This document shows positions 53,851-61,414 of a stretch of DNA of 64,000 nucleotides, piece after piece; within the stretch, counting starts at the first letter, position 1, and each line of letters opens with the position of its first letter. Position numbers and translations under genes: made by a program. The stretch comes from Synechococcus sp. UW140 (GTDB taxonomy: Bacteria > Cyanobacteriota > Cyanobacteriia > PCC-6307 > Cyanobiaceae), in contig CALSAP010000015.1 of NCBI GenBank assembly GCA_943372935.1, positions 1 through 64,000 on the forward strand, given 5' to 3'. Under the pieces are notes generated by a model that had not been told where the DNA came from, did no database searches, and saw nothing but the letters and a program-made list of their open reading frames with translations.

Positions 53851-55002
53851 TCAGCGGCTGACCAGGGCAGCGACATCAGGCTCCCCCATCACCGGCAGAA
53901 GCACCTGTAGGGCCAGGGGGGTGGCGGCGGCTGGCGTCTGACCCATTCGGCGCAGCCAGCGGTAGTGGGAGACCACACCGGCCAGGAAGGAACGGTGGCT
54001 GCGGAAGGGCACACCGCAGTCGCGGCAGGTCTGCTCGACGATGGCGGAGAGCTGGGGGTAGTGGACGTGGCAGATGCGGGGGAACAGGTGGTGCTCCACC
54101 TGGAAGTTCAAGCCCCCCAACAGCCAGCTCAGCAGGCCGTTGGAGCGGCTGAAATCCACTGTGGTGGCGAGTTGGTGGTCGGCCCAGGGACCCATGCCGG
54201 CACCGGCGTCAGCAACACCAGGGAAGTCGGCCTCCTCCACACAGTGGGCCAGCTGGAACACCACACTCAGGACGATCCCCTGCACCATGGCCGTCAATAG
54301 GTAGCAGCCGATCACCGCCGCGAAGGAATGGTGCTGCAACGGCAGGGCAAAAGCGAGAGAGAAGAAAATCACCTTGCCGCCCACGACCAGCAGCCAGTCG
54401 GCCGGCGAGAGCGGTGGCAGGGAATGGTCACCGCGGCCCCGGCTGGCGAGATCGGCGAAGTCGTCGAAGAACTGCCACTTGATCGGCAGCATTCCGTAGA
54501 GGGGCCACAGATAGAGGTGCTGCCAGCGGTGCCACCAGCGGTGGGGCTGGTGGGGCGAGAGACGCCCGATCAATCCGAGGTTGATGTCGTCGTCGTGGCC
54601 GGAGATGTTGGTGAAGGTGTGGTGCAGACCGTTGTGCTTATGGGCCCAGATCAGGGAACTGCCGCCCAGCAGGTCGAGCGTCATGGCGGCGGCCTTGTTG
54701 ATCCAGCGGTACCGCGAGTAGGCGCCGTGGCCACCGTCGTGCTGAATGTTGAAGCCGATGGCGGCGATCGCCAGGCCGAGAGACACCGAAAGGGCGACAG
54801 CCATCGGCCAGCTCCTGACCTGGAAGACCAGCAACCCGTAGGTGAACGCGAACCAGCCCAGGATCAGGGCCGATTTGACCACCATGGCCCGGGAGTCACG
54901 CCGGTCCTGGCCCGTGCTCTCGAAATGCTCGTGAACCCTTGCCCTCAGAAGACTGTGAAAACCGTCGCCGGCGCCGAACGTGATGCGATTCAAGGACTCC
55001 AC
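53851..55002 (-). CDS. Membrane fatty-acid desaturase (three His boxes HDGGH, HKHNGLHH, QVEHHLFP)
   Basis: His-box spacing and TM topology are typical of acyl-lipid desaturases. The third box starts with Q (QxxHH). Confidence 0.8.
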   Translation of the reverse strand: MESLNRITFGAGDGFHSLLRARVHEHFESTGQDRRDSRAMVVKSALILGWFAFTYGLLVFQVRSWPMAVALSVSLGLAIAAIGFNIQHDGGHGAYSRYRWINKAAAMTLDLLGGSSLIWAHKHNGLHHTFTNISGHDDDINLGLIGRLSPHQPHRWWHRWQHLYLWPLYGMLPIKWQFFDDFADLASRGRGDHSLPPLSPADWLLVVGGKVIFFSLAFALPLQHHSFAAVIGCYLLTAMVQGIVLSVVFQLAHCVEEADFPGVADAGAGMGPWADHQLATTVDFSRSNGLLSWLLGGLNFQVEHHLFPRICHVHYPQLSAIVEQTCRDCGVPFRSHRSFLAGVVSHYRWLRRMGQTPAAATPLALQVLLPVMGEPDVAALVSR

Positions 55003-55072
55003 GCCCTGCGTCGGGACAACCTAGGCCAGTGGGTCCGGCAGGCGTCAGGATGGGCGGCGTGAGGCCGGCGGC

Positions 55073-55939
55073 ATGACCAGCTCCTTCCCCGGCGCCTCCG
55101 GCGCCATCACCACCCAGCTGGGCCAGCAGGGTCTGGGACAGCAGCCCTGGTGGGTGGAGCAGTGGATGGAGCTGATCCACTCCTACCGGTTCAAGAAACG
55201 CCTGGAGCGCGCCTGGACCTACGCCCGGGAGGGCAATGTCGTCTCGATCCGCTTCGAGGGACGTCGGGTCCATGCCCGGGTGCAGGGCACCGATCCAGAC
55301 CCTTACAAGGTGAAGCTCTGGCTCGATGTGCTCAACGACGAGGACTGGGGCTATGTGCTGGAAGCCCTGAGCCAGAAAGCCCGCTGGTCGGCCCAGCTGC
55401 TGGCTGGGATCATGCCGGCCGACATCGAGCGGGCCTTCGCCGCCAGCGGCAAGCGGCTGTTCCCCTTCAAGCTCCAGGAGGTACGCAGCGAATGCAGCTG
55501 TCCCGACAAGGCCAACCCCTGCAAGCACATCAGCGCCGTCTATTACCTGATGGGGGATCGCTTCAGCGAGGACCCCTTCGTGCTGTTCCAGTTGCGGGGC
55601 CGCACCCGCAGCCAGTTGCTGGGTGATCTGGCCAAACGCCGCCGGGAGGGGGTGGTGGCGCCCGTGGAGCATGCGCCCCATCCGACCCATCCCGCCATCG
55701 CCGATCCGGCCCGTTGGTGGCGCTACGACGCCCCCCTCGATCCCGATCTTGTGGTGATCACGCCGGCCATGGAAGGGGAATCGGGTCTCGATGGCGCCGG
55801 TCCCCTGCCGCTGGCGGAGGAGCCCCGATTCCCGGAGGCCAACCAGCTCTTTCTGGACACACTCAAGACCCACGGGACCGGGACGGCCCAGCAGGCCATG
55901 GCCCGGGCGATGGCCACTGGGGCGGATGCCGAGGCCTGA
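55073..55939 (+). CDS. SWIM zinc-finger protein (SNF2-associated)
   Basis: C.C...C.H signature (CSCPDKANPCKHISAVYYLM). This is the typical genomic partner of SNF2/RapA-like helicases. Confidence 0.75.
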   Translation: MTSSFPGASGAITTQLGQQGLGQQPWWVEQWMELIHSYRFKKRLERAWTYAREGNVVSIRFEGRRVHARVQGTDPDPYKVKLWLDVLNDEDWGYVLEALSQKARWSAQLLAGIMPADIERAFAASGKRLFPFKLQEVRSECSCPDKANPCKHISAVYYLMGDRFSEDPFVLFQLRGRTRSQLLGDLAKRRREGVVAPVEHAPHPTHPAIADPARWWRYDAPLDPDLVVITPAMEGESGLDGAGPLPLAEEPRFPEANQLFLDTLKTHGTGTAQQAMARAMATGADAEA

Positions 55940-56396
55940 GTCGCCCCCCTGGCTCAGCGAGGCCGCCATCACCACCGCCGGGCGCCTCCTGGCTGGTCAC
56001 CGGCAGGCCTTCGATCGGCCGCTCCTGGCCGGGGTGGAGAACGGCCGTTCGCCACTGCAGGCGGCCCAGGAACTGTTCGTGGCCGCCACGGTCGTCCTGG
56101 CCCATGACGGCGGCGCCGATCCGCAGCTGATCTATGCCAACCGCGCCGCGTTGCTGCTGTGGCGCCGCCCCTGGAACGCCATGGTGGGCTTGCCGTCCCG
56201 GCTCACGGCCGAGCCGGCCGAACGCCGCAGCCGGGCCCTCGCCCTGGAGCAGGCGCGACGCCGTCAGACCCTCACTGGCTACGCCGGCGTCCGCATCGAC
56301 AGCGGAGGCCGCCGGTTCCGCATTGAAAAGGCACGGCTGTGGACCCTGCCGGATGGCGGCCAGGCGGCTGCATTCGCCACCTGGTGGTGGCTGTAG
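55926..56396 (+). CDS. MEKHLA (PAS-like) domain protein
   Basis: AATVVLAHDGGADPQLIYANRAALLLWRRPWNAMVGLPSRLTAEPAERRSRALALEQARRRQTLTGYAGVRIDSGGRRFRIEKARLWTL matches the conserved MEKHLA blocks (PFVVLSH...DP.F.YAN.AAL.L....W.....LPSR.SAE...ER.....G....Y.GIRIS..GRRF.I..A.VWN). The ATG overlaps the 3' end of the SWIM gene by 14 nt. Confidence 0.65.
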   Translation: MPRPESPPWLSEAAITTAGRLLAGHRQAFDRPLLAGVENGRSPLQAAQELFVAATVVLAHDGGADPQLIYANRAALLLWRRPWNAMVGLPSRLTAEPAERRSRALALEQARRRQTLTGYAGVRIDSGGRRFRIEKARLWTLPDGGQAAAFATWWWL

Positions 56397-56569
56397 CCGC
56401 CCCGCTCCGGTTCTCCACCCCCGTTGGCGAAGAGGCCGAACCCGGTTGGGGGGACCGAACCCGGAGCGTCGGTTCTCCCCCTCGAAGCCTGAGGGCAAGG
56501 CGGGCACATTGATGGGGCGGGTGGTTCCTCACCCGGCCATTCCCGTGACTCGTATCGGAAACCACAACC

Positions 56570-56989
56570 ATGCGCACCCTGCATTCTTCCCCATTCGATC
56601 TTTTCGACCGGCTGGAGCAACAGCTGCAGACAGCCGAACGGGTTCCTGCCGCCGAGATTCATGAATCCGAAGCGATGTACACCATCGCTCTGGAACTCCC
56701 CGGCGTCGACCGCTCCTCCATTGATGTCAAGGCCACGGACCGTTCCTTGATCATCACCGCCGAGCGACGTGCCCCCCAGCCGGTGGAGGACAGCAACACC
56801 GAAACCGCAGGCAGCCGCCGCGCACCCCTGCTGAGCGAATTCCGCTACGGCACATGGAGCCGCAGCTTCCGTTTCCCTGGCGGCATTCAACGGGACGCCC
56901 TCGAGGCCCACTACCGCGATGGCCTGCTCACCGTGACGGCACCGAAAGCACAGTCACTGACCTCCGTCAGTGTGAAGCTGGCTGACTGA
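56570..56989 (+). CDS. Hsp20/alpha-crystallin family small heat-shock protein
   Basis: Alpha-crystallin domain (YTIALELPGVDRSSIDVKATDRSLIITAER...FRYGTWSRSFRFP...LEAHYRDGLLTVTAPK). Confidence 0.85.
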   Translation: MRTLHSSPFDLFDRLEQQLQTAERVPAAEIHESEAMYTIALELPGVDRSSIDVKATDRSLIITAERRAPQPVEDSNTETAGSRRAPLLSEFRYGTWSRSFRFPGGIQRDALEAHYRDGLLTVTAPKAQSLTSVSVKLAD

Positions 56990-56994
56990 GGCCA

Positions 56995-57393
56995 TCAGGC
57001 CTCGATGCGGTGGGCGGAATCAAGGGAGAGACCGATCACGGAGATGTAGCTGGTGGCTTCGATCCAGCGCACGGTGCCTCTCAGGTCGTAGGTCTCTCCC
57101 TCCCCGTCACCCACCACAACACTGCAGTGCTGGCCAACAGCGAGATCATGACTGGCCTCGATGGCAATTTTCATTCCATCCGCATTCAGGTCGAGGACCT
57201 CACCGGGCACCCCCTCAGAGGCGTTGATCGACTCCTGGTGAAGGCGGGCCGTGGCCAGGCCCGTCGGCGGCTTGAAACGGTCGGACCGCGAGCCTTCCAG
57301 AAGACGCTCTTCCAGGCGGCGGAACGCGTTCCGAAACCGCTCCAAGTCGTCAGTGACCACCAATCGGCTCGTCTTCGGAATGTTCCTGCTCAT
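56995..57393 (-). CDS. Stand-alone PilZ-like domain protein (putative c-di-GMP receptor)
   Basis: R...R (RFRNAFRRLEER) followed by the D.N..G motif (LDLNADGMKIAI), with PilZ-like beta-barrel spacing; 132 aa. Confidence 0.5.
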   Translation of the reverse strand: MSRNIPKTSRLVVTDDLERFRNAFRRLEERLLEGSRSDRFKPPTGLATARLHQESINASEGVPGEVLDLNADGMKIAIEASHDLAVGQHCSVVVGDGEGETYDLRGTVRWIEATSYISVIGLSLDSAHRIEA

Positions 57394-57491
57394 TGTCCAC
57401 CGTCCCGCAAGGTTCTTGCGAGGTTGCCTGGCAGACCGAAAGGGACTTCACCCTGCCTACAGTCGTGAGCCTGCGGAAGGAGTCTGACCCC

Positions 57492-59267
57492 ATGAGCAGC
57501 AGCACCGCCACCGCCCCGGCCTCGATGGCGGCCCCGACCGGTCGCCTCAGTCTTCAGTGCGAGCCGATCGCGGCTGACACCACGGCGATCCGCTCCCTCG
57601 ACTGGGACCGCAGCCGTTTCGACATCGAGTTCGGCCTGCGCAACGGCACCACCTACAACGCGTTCCTGGTGCGCGGGGAGCGCACGGCCCTGGTCGACAC
57701 CAGCCACGCCAAGTTCCGCGACACCTGGATCCCCCTGCTGGAAGGTCTGGTCGAGCCAACGGCGATCGATCACCTGATCGTCTCCCACACCGAACCGGAC
57801 CATTCCGGCCTGATCGGGGATCTGATCGATCGCCACCCGGACATCGAGATCGTCGGCTCCAAGGTGGCGATCCAGTTCCTCCAGGACCAGGTGCACCGCC
57901 CCTTCCGCAGCCGGGCGGTCAAGAGCGGCGACGATCTCGACCTGGGCGTCCATCCCGACAGCGGTGTGGCCCATCGCTTCAGTTTCCTCAGCGCCCCCAA
58001 CCTGCACTGGCCAGACACGATCTTCTCCTTCGACCATGGCACCGGCATCCTCTACACCTGCGATGCCTTCGGCCTCCACTACTGCTCCGACGACCTCTTC
58101 GATGTCGACCCCGGCGCCATCGCGCCGGACTTCCGCTTCTACTACGACTGCCTGATGGCGCCCAACGCCCGCAGCGTGCTGCAAGCGCTCAAGCGCATGG
58201 ACGGGCTGCCGGAGATCAACACGATCGCCGTGGGCCACGGGCCCCTGCTGCGGGAGCACCTGCCCCTGTGGGTGGGCGACTACCGCGACTGGAGCGGCCA
58301 GCGCAGCGCCGGCGAGGCCTACGTGGCCGTCTGTTATCTGAGCCAGTACGGCTTCTGCGACCGGCTCAGCCAGGCCATCGCCCGGGGCGTCGGCAAGGCC
58401 TCCGGCCAGGTGCAGCTCGTCGACCTGCGCGGCACCGACCCCCAGGAGCTCGCCGCCCTGATCGGTGAGGCCAGCGCCGTGGTGGTTCCCACCTGGCCCG
58501 CCTCCCCCGATCCGGACCTCCAGACGGCCATCGGCACCTTGCTGGCGGCCCTCCATCCCAAGCAGTGGGTGGGCTGCTACGACGCCTTCGGAGGCAACGA
58601 CGAACCGATCGACACCCTGGCCGGCCAGCTGCGCAACCTGGGGCAGAAATGGGCGTTCGAGCCCCTGCGCATCCGCCAGGTTCCCGGTGGCGCCGACTAC
58701 CAGCGCTGCGAGGAGGCCGGCACCGACCTGGGCCAGCTGCTCACCAAGGAGAAGACCATCGCCGCCATGAAGGCCATCGACGGCGACCTGGACAAGGCCC
58801 TCGGTCGCCTCAGCGGCGGGCTCTACATCGTCACGGCCCGCCAGGACGACGAGGCCGGCAGCCGCAGCGGCGCCATGGTGGCCAGCTGGGTGAGCCAGGC
58901 GAGCTTCGATCCGCCGGGGCTCACGGTGGCTGTGGCCAAGGACCGGGCCATCGAAGCCCTGATGCAGGTGGACGACCGCTTCGTGCTCAACATCCTGCGG
59001 GATGACAACCACCAACCGCTGCTGCGCCACTTCCTGCGCCGCTTCCCGCCGGGGGCCGACCGCTTCGCCGGCGTCAACGTGCTCGAAGGCGTGGCCGCCG
59101 GCGGCCCCGTCCTCGGGGATGCCCTGGCCTACCTGGGCTGCCGGGTGACCCAGCGCATGGAAGGCCCTGACCACTGGATCATTTACGCGGTGGTGGAGGA
59201 GGGCAATGTGGCTGACACCACCGCCGCCACGGCCGTGCATCACCGCAAAGTGGGCAACCACTACTGA
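57492..59267 (+). CDS. Flavodiiron protein (metallo-beta-lactamase-like, flavodoxin-like and flavin-reductase-like domains), first of a tandem pair
   Basis: HTEPDHSG di-iron site motif, a flavodoxin-like region and a C-terminal NAD(P)H:flavin oxidoreductase-like domain (LYIVTAR...AMVASWVSQASFDPPGLTVAVAKDR). This is the cyanobacterial Flv1/Flv3 type. Confidence 0.9.
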   Translation: MSSSTATAPASMAAPTGRLSLQCEPIAADTTAIRSLDWDRSRFDIEFGLRNGTTYNAFLVRGERTALVDTSHAKFRDTWIPLLEGLVEPTAIDHLIVSHTEPDHSGLIGDLIDRHPDIEIVGSKVAIQFLQDQVHRPFRSRAVKSGDDLDLGVHPDSGVAHRFSFLSAPNLHWPDTIFSFDHGTGILYTCDAFGLHYCSDDLFDVDPGAIAPDFRFYYDCLMAPNARSVLQALKRMDGLPEINTIAVGHGPLLREHLPLWVGDYRDWSGQRSAGEAYVAVCYLSQYGFCDRLSQAIARGVGKASGQVQLVDLRGTDPQELAALIGEASAVVVPTWPASPDPDLQTAIGTLLAALHPKQWVGCYDAFGGNDEPIDTLAGQLRNLGQKWAFEPLRIRQVPGGADYQRCEEAGTDLGQLLTKEKTIAAMKAIDGDLDKALGRLSGGLYIVTARQDDEAGSRSGAMVASWVSQASFDPPGLTVAVAKDRAIEALMQVDDRFVLNILRDDNHQPLLRHFLRRFPPGADRFAGVNVLEGVAAGGPVLGDALAYLGCRVTQRMEGPDHWIIYAVVEEGNVADTTAATAVHHRKVGNHY

Positions 59268-61084
59268 TGACCACCTCCCCATCCGCGTCCGACCGGCGCG
59301 TCATCACCCTGCCGGTCGAACCCGGCCTCATCTGCCTGCGCGGCCTCAGCCCGCGCCGCCTGCGCTTCGAAGTCGAATACGGCCTCGAGCGGGGCACCAC
59401 CGCCAACAGTTTCCTGTTCCAGCAGGGCGCCTCCGGCGGCGCCCCCGTGCTGGTGCATCCGCCGGGGGCCTCCTTCGCCGCCCCCTTCCTGGAGCAGCTG
59501 ACCCTGCTGCTGCCGACCGACGCGCCCCTCAAGGTGGTGGTGGGCCACGTCAACCCCAACCGGGTCGCCCTGCTGAAGCAGCTGGCGACGGGCTGGCCGG
59601 CCACGGTGCTGGTGGCCTCCAATCCCGGCGCCCAGGTGCTCGCCGAGCTGTGGGAGCAGCAGCGGCCCGGCCCGGGGGGTGAGCCCGCCGCCACTGCCGA
59701 CTCCGTGCCCCTGCCGACGATCGAGGTGGTGAAGCAGGAGACCAGCCGCACCCTCGCCGACGGCCATGTCCTCACCCTGCTTCCCACCCCCACCCCCCGC
59801 TGGCCCGGCGGCCTGATCGCCTTCGAGGCCACCACGGGGCTGCTGATGAGCGGCAAGTTCTTCGCCGCCCACCTCTGCACCGAGGACTTCGCCGAGGCGA
59901 ACCGCAGCAGCACCGAGGAGGACCGCCGCTACTACTACGACTGCCTGATGGCGCCGATGGCCCGCCAGGTGGAGACGGTGGTCGACAGGTTGGACGAACT
60001 GCCGATCCGCACGATCGCGCCGGGCCACGGCCCGGCCATTGCCCAGAGCTGGCGAAGCCTGCTGGCCGACTACCGCCGCTGGGGGGAGAGCCAGGAGCGG
60101 GCCAGCCTGTCGGTGGCCCTGCTGTACGCGAGCGCCTACGGCAACACCGCCGCCATCGCCGACGCCCTCTCCCAGGGGGTGGCCCGCAGTGGCGTTCGGG
60201 TCGAGAGCATCAACTGCGAATTCGCACCCGCCGAGCAGCTGCTGGAGGCGATCCACACCTGCGACGCCCTGCTGATCGGCTCCCCCACCCTCGGTGGCCA
60301 TGCCCCCACGCCGATCGTCTCGGCCCTCGGCACCGTGCTGGCCGAAGGCGACCGGGCCAAGCCCGTGGGGGTGTTCGGCAGCTTCGGCTGGAGCGGAGAG
60401 GCCATCGACCTGCTCGAAGCCAAACTTCGCGACGGCGGCTTCCAGTTCGCCTTCGATCCGATCCGGATCAAGTTCAGTCCCGATCTGGCCACCCTGCGCA
60501 CCCTGGAGGAAACCGGCACCGCCCTGGGCCGTCGCCTGCGCAGCCAGCATCGCCAGGCCCAGCGGCGCAGCACCGGCGGAGGCCTGAGCGAGAGCCGCAC
60601 CAATCCGGCGATCCAGGCCCTCGGCCGGGTGGTGGGTGCCCTGTGCGTGGTGCTGGCCCGCAAAGGGGATGGGCCTGAGGCCATCGGCGGAGCGATGGTG
60701 GCCAGCTGGGTGAGCCAGGCCAGCTTCAGTCCCCCAGGCTTCACCGTGGCCGTGGCCAAGGATCGGGCCATGGAATGCCTGCTGCACGTGGGTGACGTCT
60801 TCACCCTCAATGTGCTGGCCTCCGGACGCGAAAGCGGCCCGATGAAGCGGTTCCTGCAGCCCTTCCCCCCGGGGGCCGATCGTCTGGCGGGCCTGGATCT
60901 TGAAGCCACCCCCAGCGGGCAACCGCTGCTGCCGGAAGCCCTGGCCTGGCTGGAGGCCCGCGTCAGCCAACGGATGGAATGCGGCGACCACTGGCTGCTC
61001 TATGCCGAGGCCCTCAGCGGCGACCTGCTGGATCCGGCCGCCACGACCGCCGTGCACCAGCGACGCAGCGGCGCCAACTACTGA
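59267..61084 (+). CDS. Flavodiiron protein, second of the tandem pair (start overlaps the upstream stop, TGATG)
   Basis: Same three-domain architecture (…AMVASWVSQASFSPPGFTVAVAKDR…). Paralogous to the upstream gene, a tandem arrangement of the Flv1/Flv3 type. Confidence 0.9.
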   Translation: MTTSPSASDRRVITLPVEPGLICLRGLSPRRLRFEVEYGLERGTTANSFLFQQGASGGAPVLVHPPGASFAAPFLEQLTLLLPTDAPLKVVVGHVNPNRVALLKQLATGWPATVLVASNPGAQVLAELWEQQRPGPGGEPAATADSVPLPTIEVVKQETSRTLADGHVLTLLPTPTPRWPGGLIAFEATTGLLMSGKFFAAHLCTEDFAEANRSSTEEDRRYYYDCLMAPMARQVETVVDRLDELPIRTIAPGHGPAIAQSWRSLLADYRRWGESQERASLSVALLYASAYGNTAAIADALSQGVARSGVRVESINCEFAPAEQLLEAIHTCDALLIGSPTLGGHAPTPIVSALGTVLAEGDRAKPVGVFGSFGWSGEAIDLLEAKLRDGGFQFAFDPIRIKFSPDLATLRTLEETGTALGRRLRSQHRQAQRRSTGGGLSESRTNPAIQALGRVVGALCVVLARKGDGPEAIGGAMVASWVSQASFSPPGFTVAVAKDRAMECLLHVGDVFTLNVLASGRESGPMKRFLQPFPPGADRLAGLDLEATPSGQPLLPEALAWLEARVSQRMECGDHWLLYAEALSGDLLDPAATTAVHQRRSGANY

Positions 61085-61414
61085 GCCTGTGGCCTAGGCC
61101 GCCTGGGGCGGCGTGGGCGACCCGCCACCGCCCGTCTGGAAAGGAAGGACGAGGGTGGCCCAGTGGTCGGGCCGTTCCGGACGGCGGCGCCGGGCCCGGC
61201 GCACCCCGAAGGGCACCCGCACCACGTTGGTGCCATCCACCCGTTGGCTGGCCTCCGGCAAACCCGGGGCAAGAACGCCCGTGCCCGGCTCATCGCCTGA
61301 ATTGTCGTTGCCGTTCATGAACCCCATGAAAATGAAAGGCGGTTGCCGTCACCGCAGGGGTGGTGGCACAGCAATGATGCGCCATGGCGGGGGGAAAAGG
61401 TACCGCCGGAACAC

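Noticed and set aside
57390-61057. Minus-strand ORFs 57390..59282 and 59261..61057 over the two flavodiiron genes
   Set aside because: Antisense to well-defined Flv genes; G/A/P-rich products.
61094-61327. 77-aa minus-strand ORF in the flv / gcvP convergent intergenic region
   Set aside because: Short, Arg/Gly-rich, with no recognisable features. Possibly a terminator-containing spacer; not supportable as a gene.
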